Virus record (IMG/VR): IMGVR_UViG_3300025697_003303
Length of the DNA stretch: 64,000 nt
Source of the DNA: an uncultured virus (IMG/VR IMGVR_UViG_3300025697_003303)
Taxonomy: Duplodnaviria > Heunggongvirae > Uroviricota > Caudoviricetes
Strand: one strand, 5' to 3'
Of the stretch, positions 17,440 to 26,587 are shown piece by piece. The notes below the pieces were generated by a model that worked only from the letters and a program-made list of their open reading frames with translations, did not search any database and was not told where the DNA came from. Numbering within the stretch: position 1 is the stretch's first letter; every line of letters begins with the position of its first letter. A program made the position numbers and the translations under genes.

Positions 17440-17780
17440 TATTTTTTAGCCTCTTTAATCAACTTATTAAACGTTATAGCCTCTACTTGATGAGTCTTGC
17501 CTAATATTCTCATCATATTTCTTATACCATAATTATCGTCAGAATGTATAATCACAGGTACGTCTTTTTGAAGCTCATAATCAACCATATCAAATGCAAT
17601 ATCAACTCCATTATATTTTGGACTACTAATGTTATAATCTAAATAAACTTTCTCAAACTCTTCGCTAGATAATTTCTCAATTGCTTCTTTGTAATCGCAA
17701 GTGCAAAAAATATTCTCTTTTCCAAAATGCTGCTCGAACCATTCGATCCTATGCGGACTGTCTTCTAATATAAATATCAT
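17439..17780 (-). CDS. Stand-alone receiver-fold protein (cyclic-phosphate processing receiver-like)
   Basis: ILED..R, YLDY, NG.D, IIHS and M...L motifs; lacks the canonical KP. Confidence 0.6.
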   Translation of the reverse strand: MIFILEDSPHRIEWFEQHFGKENIFCTCDYKEAIEKLSSEEFEKVYLDYNISSPKYNGVDIAFDMVDYELQKDVPVIIHSDDNYGIRNMMRILGKTHQVEAITFNKLIKEAKK

Positions 17781-19125
17781 TATAACTCCTTAATTTTTCT
17801 AATAATCTTTCGCATTTTTCTGACAACAATTTTTTGACTGTATTGTGTTTTTCATATTCTAAAAGACAATTTTTTATCATGAATACTTTTTCTATACACT
17901 CCTGAACAGTCATAATCTCTCTACTTATTAGTTTATCGACTTTTATTTCTATTGGGTCATTATTGAGGATAATGCCGCCATGAACAGCTTTGGTCATAAA
18001 CATGCAATATTCTGCTTTATTGTTTGTATATCTATTCTCTTTAAGCGTTTTGACTGGTATGAAGTGTTCTATGTTAGTCTCAAATTTTTCATACTTTTTA
18101 AATTCGTCCCAGTTTGACAGATTGTAGGATTCGTATGCCTCTTGCTTCAATATCTCTAAATCGTTATACGGAATAAGGTACGGCTTGTTTTCTAAAAAGG
18201 TACAATAAACTAGTGGGTGAAATTTTTTCGGTATCTGCTTGATCCCTACTATGGTTTCAGGCATAAGCTCGTTCCATAATCTTTTTTGTTCACCCTGTGA
18301 TAGAGTTTTTCTTTCAAAATTATTAATATCTGGTATACGATCTGACGATGGATAATTAATTGCAATGAAATTATTTTCTTTAGCATCAAGCCCCACCGAC
18401 TCAGCAAGAAAAAAAGGATCGCTATACCAAGGGTGGGATAAATTGATGTGCCTAGGGTCTCTAGCATCAAACCAAATATGTCTTCGTATTTCTTTTATTC
18501 CACAATTGCCTATTCCTATATTATTCTCATCTAAAGTTCTATAAGCATACTTGTTGTCATTTATGAATTTCTCTACTTTTAAATTTTTTATTACACTCGT
18601 ATTTGGTGGGACTTTTGATCTAGCTTTTTGGATGATCTCATCGTTTATTTCGTGTTTTTTATTTTTGGCACGCATGGATATATGCCTCCCAAAACCAGGG
18701 ATACTAGTTAAACGTATCGTTTTAATTATTTTATTAAAGTCGCAGTTATCACCAAAATATTCTCTAACAAAATTTTCTAACTCATAATGGGCAAAACTAA
18801 GTGAACATGAAATTCTAGATTCTTTACCAGTTTTAGTTTGATTCCCGCCAAAAAAATCAATACCAAACGCTTTTGTATCTTCTTCATAGCACTGAAGAGA
18901 GACTCTTCCATAGTTGTTGAGATCTTCTGTCCTATTCATCTCATAGGGGCAAGAAAATAACCAATGAGCCAGCCATAGATAGCCATCACTCTTAGAGCAT
19001 TCTACGTCTTTTTCTTTTATCTTCCCCTTATCAAATAGGTCAGTCATATTTTTAAAAACTTCCCCTTTTCTATTTAACCATTCCCCAATAAACTTTGATT
19101 GTACTCTTTGTGCTTCTATTATCAT
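17749..19125 (-). CDS. Hypothetical protein (458 aa)
   Basis: Long ORF with GAGG RBS; no recognisable motif. Confidence 0.65.
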   Translation of the reverse strand: MIIEAQRVQSKFIGEWLNRKGEVFKNMTDLFDKGKIKEKDVECSKSDGYLWLAHWLFSCPYEMNRTEDLNNYGRVSLQCYEEDTKAFGIDFFGGNQTKTGKESRISCSLSFAHYELENFVREYFGDNCDFNKIIKTIRLTSIPGFGRHISMRAKNKKHEINDEIIQKARSKVPPNTSVIKNLKVEKFINDNKYAYRTLDENNIGIGNCGIKEIRRHIWFDARDPRHINLSHPWYSDPFFLAESVGLDAKENNFIAINYPSSDRIPDINNFERKTLSQGEQKRLWNELMPETIVGIKQIPKKFHPLVYCTFLENKPYLIPYNDLEILKQEAYESYNLSNWDEFKKYEKFETNIEHFIPVKTLKENRYTNNKAEYCMFMTKAVHGGIILNNDPIEIKVDKLISREIMTVQECIEKVFMIKNCLLEYEKHNTVKKLLSEKCERLLEKLRSYNDIYIRRQSA

Positions 19126-19127
19126 AA

Positions 19128-19355
19128 CTACCTCTCATCGTACCACTTTTTTATACAACAGATGTTAATTATTAATATGACTACTGCATTTATTATCATT
19201 GGATATGCTCCAACCCCTAAAGCTAAAAAATAACAAATCCATGGAATCTGCAAAAAAGACATTACAATAGGAGACCACCAAATCTTCCTTAACTGAAAAA
19301 AAATCAAAATACAAGTCAAAATATTCAATAAAATACCAAAAAGAATTACCATCAA
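19128..19355 (-). CDS. Small membrane protein, about 3 TM helices
   Basis: Three hydrophobic stretches; GGAG RBS. Confidence 0.55.
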   Translation of the reverse strand: MMVILFGILLNILTCILIFFQLRKIWWSPIVMSFLQIPWICYFLALGVGAYPMIINAVVILIINICCIKKWYDER

Positions 19356-19669
19356 TCTCCAACCTTTACAAAACTCTTTAAAACCTTATACTCAAACTCT
19401 TTATCACTCTCAAATAAAATCTTTCGAGCCTCTCTACTCGTAATCAATTTACATTCACCTAAATGACGAGACTCAAATGGCTCTCCACTCAAAGTTGTAC
19501 CATCTCCCTTACGCCAAATAGTATTAATAAGAGTTTTGTAACTATATGCTATAGCAAGACCTTTGTGAGATTCTCCGGTTGTGGGGATATCTGTGTAGGG
19601 ATCTCCCTCTATCTTCAATAAAACAAAATCAACAAAAGATCTTTTAATCTCTCTTAAATAATAATCCAT
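19352..19669 (-). CDS. Hypothetical protein
   Basis: 105 aa in tandem run. Confidence 0.5.
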   Translation of the reverse strand: MDYYLREIKRSFVDFVLLKIEGDPYTDIPTTGESHKGLAIAYSYKTLINTIWRKGDGTTLSGEPFESRHLGECKLITSREARKILFESDKEFEYKVLKSFVKVGD

Positions 19670-19673
19670 TAAA

Positions 19674-20072
19674 TCAATATAACCTCGATCTATAATCTAT
19701 GTCATTAAAAGTACGATCTGATTTTTTATCGTAACCGTCCGCTAAACGCTTAATATGAAAATCGCAAATTGGACAATCAGGGTAAGTAGTACCTACACTA
19801 CTCGCTCCCGTACATAATGTATCTATATCACAATCAGGACACTCTCTACATGTTCTCTGATTGTTATCAATGCGAGTCTTTTCATACCATCTCTCTACAA
19901 ACTCTTTAAATTTGTGATTTTTATTTTCTACTCGATCTGCCCATGAGCCAACCGCTCTCATCATCTTAACTTGACCAACTTTAAAACCTTGTTTGTAGCC
20001 TTCTAATTTAGCTTCAGCTATAGCGTCTTTTAACTCGTCTTTTGCTTTTTTATTTTCTGTCAAATCTTTCAT
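19674..20072 (-). CDS. Hypothetical Cys-cluster protein
   Basis: CRECPDC...C...CPIC. Confidence 0.5.
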   Translation of the reverse strand: MKDLTENKKAKDELKDAIAEAKLEGYKQGFKVGQVKMMRAVGSWADRVENKNHKFKEFVERWYEKTRIDNNQRTCRECPDCDIDTLCTGASSVGTTYPDCPICDFHIKRLADGYDKKSDRTFNDIDYRSRLY

Positions 20073-20104
20073 AATTTTATTATACTTTATTTTTATTTCA
20101 CTAC

Positions 20105-20782
20105 TCAGATTTTTCTCAAATCTATAGCTAAGGCTGAATAAGATTTTTCTACTTCTTTCTCATGATCGCACATAGATTGTATGAAATCACTTCTTTCTTT
20201 AATCCCATCTTTGTTATTTAAAATCTGCAACTCGTTTAATCTCGCCCTTTGCCAAAGTAAACCTCTTCCAGTTTGTCCCTTCCAAAAACTATATAATGCA
20301 CAACTTAAAGTAATTTTGCGAAAATTAAAGTCTCTATGCCAATAATTATTATCAACACTAAACAAACAATCACACAACAAATAGAAGGCTACATCAATAT
20401 AAGTCTCTGATATCTCGAAACACCTGTCCCTAACACTCGTATCAAAACCCCATTTTCTCTCACGTTCAGATTTCGCATGTCTACAACATCTTTGAATTTC
20501 ACTTAAATATAAATGATCTAAACAAAATACAGCATCCGATAATTGACTAAAATAAGGATCAGGAAGAGATTTTGTATACCACAATAAATTTTTGTCTTTA
20601 TAGTATGTCTCTCTCCAAATATTATATCTCTCTTCTTTCTTCTTTTCAAAATCAAGCCAATCAATTTTATATAAATTAACTGTCCGTCCTTCTGCCTCCG
20701 TTGGACTCGTAGATTTTATAATTGAACCTGTTTTAAAGAATTTGAGTTTTGGGAAATGAAATGTTCCGTTTGTTCCTAACAT
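20105..20782 (-). CDS. Hypothetical protein
   Basis: 225 aa, GAGG RBS. Confidence 0.6.
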   Translation of the reverse strand: MLGTNGTFHFPKLKFFKTGSIIKSTSPTEAEGRTVNLYKIDWLDFEKKKEERYNIWRETYYKDKNLLWYTKSLPDPYFSQLSDAVFCLDHLYLSEIQRCCRHAKSERERKWGFDTSVRDRCFEISETYIDVAFYLLCDCLFSVDNNYWHRDFNFRKITLSCALYSFWKGQTGRGLLWQRARLNELQILNNKDGIKERSDFIQSMCDHEKEVEKSYSALAIDLRKI

Positions 20783-20839
20783 AATATACCTCGTAATTTA
20801 ATAATCACGACCATTCGTGATATTCCTAAATATGTATCG

Positions 20840-21088
20840 TTATTTTTTATTTTCTCCTATTTTATTTCTTGATTTTCTATGCCTACTATCTTCACTCCAA
20901 CTAATAGAACAAGAACTTGAACGCCAGCCACCAGCATATTGAGAATAAGAACTAATACGAGCAAAACCGAAAGTAGGTCTTACTCGGCTAAAACTTCCAG
21001 ACTCTGACATATAGTGCCACTCAGCAAAACAATAACTGCAATTATCTAATTCCCGATTAGACTGCTTGTATCTTAATATCATCTTCAT
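20840..21088 (-). CDS. Ser/Arg-rich small peptide, MKMIL family
   Basis: MKMILRYKQS...SSSCSISWS; leader shared with paralogs. Confidence 0.65.
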   Translation of the reverse strand: MKMILRYKQSNRELDNCSYCFAEWHYMSESGSFSRVRPTFGFARISSYSQYAGGWRSSSCSISWSEDSRHRKSRNKIGENKK

Positions 21089-21089
21089 C

Positions 21090-21536
21090 TTAAAGTTTAG
21101 ATCCTAAAATATAGCTGCCAAAAGTTTGCTTTTCTGGAAGTGCGTCTGGTCCGAGTATGTCAGGATTAGCATAACAAAATAAACATGAAGTACCCATTTC
21201 AACCTCTAAACCATTTCCATCACAAAATAGTAATGGGATTTTACATTCTCTTCCTAAAAATGTTCCAACCAGAATTACATATACTTCTTCGTTTTTATAT
21301 CCTTTTTCAAAGTAATCTTCGGGAAAAAAATTAGAATAGAAAATATTTGCTTCCTCTTGATTTTCGTGAGGTATCGCTATTCCCATATTAATGCCACTAA
21401 AATGCTCATAATTTTTCATCGTCAGGTGAACAATAGCTAAAGCAAAGGCAGCAGTTATTGTTTGAGATTCCCACTCTCCAGTTTTATAGTTTATGTACTC
21501 AATATGCGTAAATTTAGGCTTTTTTAACTCTTTCAT
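21090..21536 (-). CDS. Hypothetical protein
   Basis: Start reassigned to ATG 21536 after GGAGAATAAG. Confidence 0.6.
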   Translation of the reverse strand: MKELKKPKFTHIEYINYKTGEWESQTITAAFALAIVHLTMKNYEHFSGINMGIAIPHENQEEANIFYSNFFPEDYFEKGYKNEEVYVILVGTFLGRECKIPLLFCDGNGLEVEMGTSCLFCYANPDILGPDALPEKQTFGSYILGSKL

Positions 21537-21537
21537 C

Positions 21538-21747
21538 TTATTCTCCCAATCTATTTCTTGAATCCGGTTCATTTAAACTAAAACAATAAGACTCACTTTC
21601 GCGGAAAGAAAACATAGAACAAGCTGGACCTCTTCCTCTCGTAAAAATAGGAGAACTTCTCGTTCTTGACCAAATATCATTTTTATTCCATAAATAGGAA
21701 GATCTTCTCCTCCCATGAGATAGCGTCGTTTTTAATATCATTTTCAT
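21538..21747 (-). CDS. Ser/Arg-rich small peptide, MKMIL family
   Basis: MKMILKTTLSHGRRRSSYLWNKNDIWSR aligns with the 23089-23286 product. Confidence 0.7.
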   Translation of the reverse strand: MKMILKTTLSHGRRRSSYLWNKNDIWSRTRSSPIFTRGRGPACSMFSFRESESYCFSLNEPDSRNRLGE

Positions 21748-21755
21748 AATTTATT

Positions 21756-21971
21756 CTACCATTCTAGCTTGATGTCATATTTAGACACATCTAATAATAC
21801 TATTCCATCTTCTAGCTCATAGTCGTGAGATGTTCTAGGAATTAGATCATCCATTCCTGTATTTTTATCCATTCCTGTTCGCCATCTATAAAAAATAATT
21901 TCATTTTCTCCAAACGTTATTTCTCCGTTCTGAGTTTTTACTTTCGTTATATGTTTAAAGGATGCTCTCAT
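21756..21971 (-). CDS. Hypothetical protein
   Basis: 71 aa between peptide genes. Confidence 0.5.
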   Translation of the reverse strand: MRASFKHITKVKTQNGEITFGENEIIFYRWRTGMDKNTGMDDLIPRTSHDYELEDGIVLLDVSKYDIKLEW

Positions 21972-21974
21972 AAT

Positions 21975-22181
21975 TTATTGTCGGAAATTACTTTTATCGC
22001 ACGGATATCCCCAACATACGCATCTGGATGATATGGTATACGAAAAAAGAGTAAACTCTTCCGTTTTTCTTTTTATTGTCAGAAGGTATGAATTTGTAGT
22101 GAGAGAGCAGTTTGTATTTTGACTATTCTTGTAGCTACTCATCTTTTGCGGATTAAATTGTCTGCGTTGTAGTATATTAAT
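21975..22181 (-). CDS. Small peptide, M[NK]ILQR/CxCW family, with ATT in place of ATG (non-canonical start or pseudogene)
   Basis: Not in the ORF track; reads (I)NILQRRQFNPQKMSSYK...SSRCVCWGYPCDKSNFRQ, a paralog of 22187-22381. Confidence 0.6.
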   Translation of the reverse strand: MNILQRRQFNPQKMSSYKNSQNTNCSLTTNSYLLTIKRKTEEFTLFSYTISSRCVCWGYPCDKSNFRQ

Positions 22182-22186
22182 ATTAT

Positions 22187-22381
22187 TTATTGTCGGAAAA
22201 TACTTCTATCTCGTGGATTACTCCAGCATAGACATGTAGACGTTGTACCATATCTATGATATGTTTCTGTCTCTATTATATGCCAATATCTATCCGATGA
22301 GCGTGAACGACTAGATCCAACGTGAACTTCTGTACGACTCATGTTGTAGGAGTTAATCAAACTTCGTTGTAATATGTTCAT
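22187..22381 (-). CDS. Small peptide, M[NK]ILQR/CxCW family
   Basis: MNILQRSLINSYNMSR...STCLCWSNPRDRSIFRQ. Confidence 0.7.
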   Translation of the reverse strand: MNILQRSLINSYNMSRTEVHVGSSRSRSSDRYWHIIETETYHRYGTTSTCLCWSNPRDRSIFRQ

Positions 22382-22458
22382 TATTTATTGTCGTCGCATG
22401 AATACTCCCAACATAAACATCTAAATGTTGGAATCAATGCAGTGCCTTTACAAGGGTT
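22381..22458 (-). pseudogene. 3' remnant of a CxCW-family peptide gene
   Basis: Reads NPCKGTALIPTFRCLCWEYSCDDNK then stop; abuts the truncated TnpB. Confidence 0.6.
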
Positions 22459-22973
22459 ACATTACCATATTTCAAACATCAGGAAAGATACTCTTCATAA
22501 AATCACAAGTGAGTTGACGAAAACCAAGTCAACTATTGTGATAGAAGATTTGAATGTATCTGGAATGATGAAGAATCATTGCTTGGCTCAAGCAATTTCA
22601 GATGTTGGATTATTTGAGTTTCGTAGACAATTATCTTATAAAAGTGACTGGTATGGATGTATAATAGTAGTAGCTGATAGGTTCTATCCATCGTCAAAAA
22701 CATGTAATGTTTGCGGTTGCATAAATAACAAACTTACTCTTTCGGATAGAACATGGACTTGTAGTTGTGGAGAAGTACATGACCGTGACTATAATGCAGC
22801 ATGTAATTTAGAAAATCTGGCCACCAGTTCGTTGGACAGTAAAAACGCTTGTGGAGAGATAAGCTCTGGCGACAGTGATGAAATTGTCGTGAAACTTGCC
22901 TCGTAGAAGCAGGAACTAAACAGAAAATCCAAGATTAAACGACTTGTAGATTTTTGTAGGTTTTAGGGAACGG
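22457..22973 (+). mobile_element. tnpB: 5'-truncated IS607-type element remnant: TnpB C-terminus plus right end
   Basis: LHYHISNIRKDTLHK, IVIEDLNVSGM, RFYPSSKTC..CG, W.C.CG..HDRD.NAA.NL; RuvC-I missing; downstream AAGCAGGAA...TTTGTAGGTTTTAGGGAACGG resembles IS607 right ends. Confidence 0.8.
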
Positions 22974-23092
22974 TAGCGATAAGAACTCATTAAAGACCCG
23001 CACGAATAATAACTATAAGTGATAGAAGATCTATTTGAAGAATAACCGTTCATTCTACAATAACTAAAATTTGTCTTCATTATCATCTTCAT
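22916..23092 (-). pseudogene. MKMI-family peptide gene interrupted by the IS607-type right end
   Basis: MKMIMKTNFSYCRMNGYSSNRSSITYSYYSCGSLMSSYRY then reads into the IS end at 22973; GGAGAATAAG precedes the start. Confidence 0.6.
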
Positions 23093-23286
23093 CTTATTCT
23101 CCTAATTATTTCTTGAACCCTTTCTTGAGAACTGAAACAACGACATACTCCTAATATGCCTCTGTTCGCTGATGAAGATATCACGGAACAATCATAGATC
23201 CCTTTTCTTGACCATTTATCATTCCTTCCCCACGAATATGATGATCCTCTTCTTCTGCTTGACGTTATTTTTAATATCATCTTCAT
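23089..23286 (-). CDS. Ser/Arg-rich small peptide, MKMIL family
   Basis: Start reassigned to ATG 23286; MKMILKITSSRRRGSSYSWGRNDKWSR. Confidence 0.7.
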   Translation of the reverse strand: MKMILKITSSRRRGSSYSWGRNDKWSRKGIYDCSVISSSANRGILGVCRCFSSQERVQEIIRRIR

Positions 23287-23287
23287 A

Positions 23288-23488
23288 TTATTTCTCCGAC
23301 AAGTTTTTTGCAAATCCAAAATTTAAACTTGAATATCTAGATCTTGAAATGTCAGTACCTATAGAACATCCATAGCCACTAGAATTTCTCGACCAATAAT
23401 CTAATATCCATGTATTCGAGCCTCCCTCCCATCCCAAAGATGCTCCCAACCTATGCGCCAATAATGTCGTTTTTAATATCATCTTCAT
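23288..23488 (-). CDS. Ser/Gly-rich small peptide, MKMIL family
   Basis: MKMILKTTLL...; AGGAGAATAAG RBS. Confidence 0.7.
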   Translation of the reverse strand: MKMILKTTLLAHRLGASLGWEGGSNTWILDYWSRNSSGYGCSIGTDISRSRYSSLNFGFAKNLSEK

Positions 23489-23497
23489 CTTATTCTC

Positions 23498-23707
23498 CTA
23501 ATTTATGAAACCTTTAAATCCTTGGCAATCGCTGCTGTCAAATGAGCTTTTCCAACACAAACATTCGGATGATGGAACAATTCTATGTGTAATCCCTGAT
23601 CTTGTGTGAAAATTATCATTTGTAGTCACTGAATAGCTATATCTAGCTCCAAAATCAATCCGACTCATTCGGAATGGATTAATAGATCTTCTTTGTAATA
23701 TCTTCAT
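23498..23707 (-). CDS. Small peptide, M[NK]ILQR/CxCW family
   Basis: Start reassigned to ATG 23707; MKILQRRSINPFRMSR...SSECLCWKSS. Confidence 0.7.
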   Translation of the reverse strand: MKILQRRSINPFRMSRIDFGARYSYSVTTNDNFHTRSGITHRIVPSSECLCWKSSFDSSDCQGFKGFIN

Positions 23708-23708
23708 A

Positions 23709-23858
23709 TTATTCTCCTGTTTTGAAATCGCTTTTATCACATGATTTTTCCCAACATAAGCATCTTGATGTTGGAGTAAATCTAGTAGTAGTGAATTCTT
23801 CTGTCACTGCTACTATTATGCTGAAATGTCTGTCTCTAACTAAAGAACAGTTTGTGTA
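23709..23858 (-). pseudogene. 5'-truncated CxCW-family peptide gene
   Basis: YTNCSLVRDRHFSIIVAVTEEFTTTRFTPTSRCLCWEKSCDKSDFKTGE then stop; similarity ends at the upstream region of the TnpB gene. Confidence 0.6.
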
Positions 23859-23939
23859 TCATTAACCTTTACATTTTTTTAGAAAAATATTTAATTTTGT
23901 AGAAGGAGTTTCTAGTTAAATCTGCTAATAGTATTATAT

Positions 23940-25145
23940 ATGATTAGATCTACACAAACTACATTAAAATTCTCCCACAAACAAAAAAGGAGACAACTTA
24001 ACGAGTTTATTAGAGAATATAAAACAGTCACAAGTACTTTTATTGATATGCTTTGGAAAGAAACTGAAATTCTTCAACTTATACCTAAAAAGTTAACTAG
24101 CAAAATAAATACTTGGCTATCTGCAAGAGCTATTCAATGTGCAGGAAAACAAGCTTCAGGAATCGTTAGAGGAGCTAGAAAAAAACAAGAAAAACGACAA
24201 TTCATGATTAACAAATTTAATGAATTAGGTATGTACAAGAAAGCAAGAAAACTACAAAGAATTTACAATGAAAAGAAAGTTTCTAAACCTGATCTAAAAG
24301 AAGTTAACCCAGAACTTGATTCAAGATTTATCAAAATAGATCTAAACAATGAAACGTCTTTTGACGGATGGCTAACTATCTCTTCAATAGGTAATAAACA
24401 AAAATTAATTCTTCCTTTTAAAAAGTCATGGCATTTTAACGAAATGTTATCTCAAGGAACTATTAAAGGTGGTATAAGAATTAATAAAAAAGATGTTACT
24501 TTTACATTTGAAATAGAAGATGTAGAAAAGAAAGAAATAGGTAATATTTTAGGCATAGATATAGGAAAAGTTAATGTAATTTCATGCTCTAATAATCATA
24601 TTAGTAAACCTAATAATGATAGACATGATCTTAATTCTATTCTTAAGATCATGTCAAGGAAGAAGAAAGGTAGTAAGGGTTTTAAACGTTGTGAAGATCA
24701 TAGAACAAATTATATTAACTGGTCAATTAACCAATTAAACCTAGTTAATACTAAACAAGTTAATCTTGAAAATATAAAATACCTTCGAAAAGGTAAAAGA
24801 AATAGCCGTATGTTAAGTCATTGGACTTATACTAACATTTTTGACAAGTTGATTAGTAAATGCGAAGAACAAGGTGTCCTTGTGAAACGCATTTCACCAA
24901 CTTACACGAGTCAAAGATGTAGTAAATGTGGCTGGGTTCGTAAGAGTAACAGGAAGCAGAAAGAGTTTAAGTGTAAGAAATGTTCTTTTGACTGTGACTC
25001 GGATTTAAATGCTTCTGTTAACTTATCTCTTAATCTTAGAGCTATTAGCAAAAAGAAACGATTACTTCAGAAAAATAGAACTGGTTTCTATTGGAATGAG
25101 GTAGGACAGGAGCATATAGTCCCTGTTGCCTTAAAAACTGGTTAA
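23940..25145 (+). mobile_element. tnpB: Full-length solo TnpB (IS200/IS605-type, Cas12f-like RNA-guided nuclease)
   Basis: RuvC-I GIDIG, RuvC-II LENI, zinc finger CSKC..CKKC, RuvC-III DLNAS; no TnpA in window; 3' hairpin GGACAGG-N10-CCCTGTT. Confidence 0.9.
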
Positions 25146-25200
25146 GGAATATTTTTTCCATATAATTATTAACTATAAAATAGTAGAGCCTACTAATATA

Positions 25201-25707
25201 TTGTCAGAAAGGATTTACCCGTTTATGAGAGAAGAATCATATCAAAAATATGCAAAGGGGAAGACAGGGGAAAAACTCTACTCAATATTAAACGAATTAA
25301 TAAAGATTTCTAGAAAACAACAAGAAGCATATGAGTCTGAACGCTCTCAATCTCTATCTTGGGCAAAAGAGTTTTGTACGATTCAACTCAAAGTATCGAG
25401 ACAGTCAGGACACACATACGCTATGATAGAAACCGCTCTCAGCAGATTTTCTGAATCTGTCATAATCTCTACAGCAACCTCAATTAATCATATAAAAAAA
25501 GATATAAAAGAACAAAGAGGATGCCAAAAAGGAAATACCACGCTACTAACTATTAACACACTAAATAAAATAAAAGAACTCAACAATATAGAAGCAATTT
25601 TTGTTGATTGCCACTCTACAATAAATAATGCAAAAGAAGAAGAAATATACGAGACTTGCCTACCTCTAATCACAGACAAACCGTTTTTCTTTATCTTTAT
25701 TCAGTAA
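25201..25707 (+). CDS. Degenerate P-loop protein, paralog A
   Basis: SRQSGHT (Walker A-like with K>H) and AIFVD; the start may be 25225. Confidence 0.55.
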   Translation: MSERIYPFMREESYQKYAKGKTGEKLYSILNELIKISRKQQEAYESERSQSLSWAKEFCTIQLKVSRQSGHTYAMIETALSRFSESVIISTATSINHIKKDIKEQRGCQKGNTTLLTINTLNKIKELNNIEAIFVDCHSTINNAKEEEIYETCLPLITDKPFFFIFIQ

Positions 25708-25767
25708 AAATCCGATAACAAAGTATAAATTAAATCCGACCAGTCAGTCGGGAAAGGAGTAGTTCCT

Positions 25768-26247
25768 ATGCAAAAATACGCTAGAGGTAAAGCAGGTGAA
25801 GAATTATATTCGATTTTAAACAAGCTGATAGACATTTCTGAAAAACAACAAGAAAAGTTCGAAAAAATGCATTTCTGTAGTTCTATATCTTGGGCAAAAG
25901 AATTTTGTACAATTCACCTTCAAACAGCAAGACAAGCAGGACACACATACGCACTGATAGAAACAGCTATCACGAGATTTAATAAATCAATCATTATATC
26001 TCCCAAAATCGCAATGAGCGAACGTATAAAAATAGAGATGAAGAAACAAAGAGAACCACAACAAACAGGAGAAGTGACCTTAGCAACAACTGATTCACTA
26101 GATAAACTAAGAGGTCTAGGAAACATAGATGCTATCTTCGTGGATTGCTCATTCATGTTAAGCAAAAGCAAAAAAGAAGAAATATATAATACATGCTTTT
26201 ATATGAAAAAAGAAGATAAACCGTTCTTCTTCATTTTCGTTCAATAG
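25768..26247 (+). CDS. Degenerate P-loop protein, paralog B
   Basis: ARQAGHT, AIFVD, KPFFFIF; clear tandem duplicate; AAGGAG RBS. Confidence 0.6.
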   Translation: MQKYARGKAGEELYSILNKLIDISEKQQEKFEKMHFCSSISWAKEFCTIHLQTARQAGHTYALIETAITRFNKSIIISPKIAMSERIKIEMKKQREPQQTGEVTLATTDSLDKLRGLGNIDAIFVDCSFMLSKSKKEEIYNTCFYMKKEDKPFFFIFVQ

Positions 26248-26587
26248 TACGACTATCTTTTAGATCGCTCTTTAAGAACAATATGCCTATATGTCTATCA
26301 TCTTTCTTGACAACCTCAAGATATGTCTCACTCTTATAGTTCTGTCGTTTTGAGTCTTTCATACAGACAAGATGAGTGAATGTACAGATTATGATTTCGT
26401 CAAGATCTATATCTTTCTCTTCTTTGACAAACTTCTTTATTTCTGTAATGGAAGTTGAGCAGAAAGTGAAAGCTGTGTCTTCTAGAGGTAGAGAGAATAT
26501 GCGCGAACAAAAATACAGAGGTTCTGCCTTCCTATTAGATCTGCGGAGCTTGATTATCTCCGTTAATATTTTCTTGAGCCATATCAT
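26231..26587 (-). CDS. Hypothetical protein
   Basis: 118 aa; overlaps neighbours, start uncertain. Confidence 0.4.
   Translation of the reverse strand: MIWLKKILTEIIKLRRSNRKAEPLYFCSRIFSLPLEDTAFTFCSTSITEIKKFVKEEKDIDLDEIIICTFTHLVCMKDSKRQNYKSETYLEVVKKDDRHIGILFLKSDLKDSRTIERK

Noticed and set aside
20804..20821. Hairpin ATCACGA-CCAT-TCGTGAT as a terminator
   Set aside because: 7-bp stem without a U-tract; could be an operator but unsupported.
22388..22456. N-terminus of the predicted 172-aa TnpB ORF
   Set aside because: It is the antisense of a peptide-gene remnant; TnpB similarity starts near 22457.
20840..25145. Peptide array as a CRISPR-like guide array for TnpB, or as DGR targets
   Set aside because: Units are ~200-bp open frames with RBSs and only loosely conserved ends; no reverse transcriptase and no adenine-specific TR/VR pair was seen.
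26231..26587. MIWLKK start as another NWYK tag
   Set aside because: Weak match, and the start overlaps the upstream gene by 53 nt.
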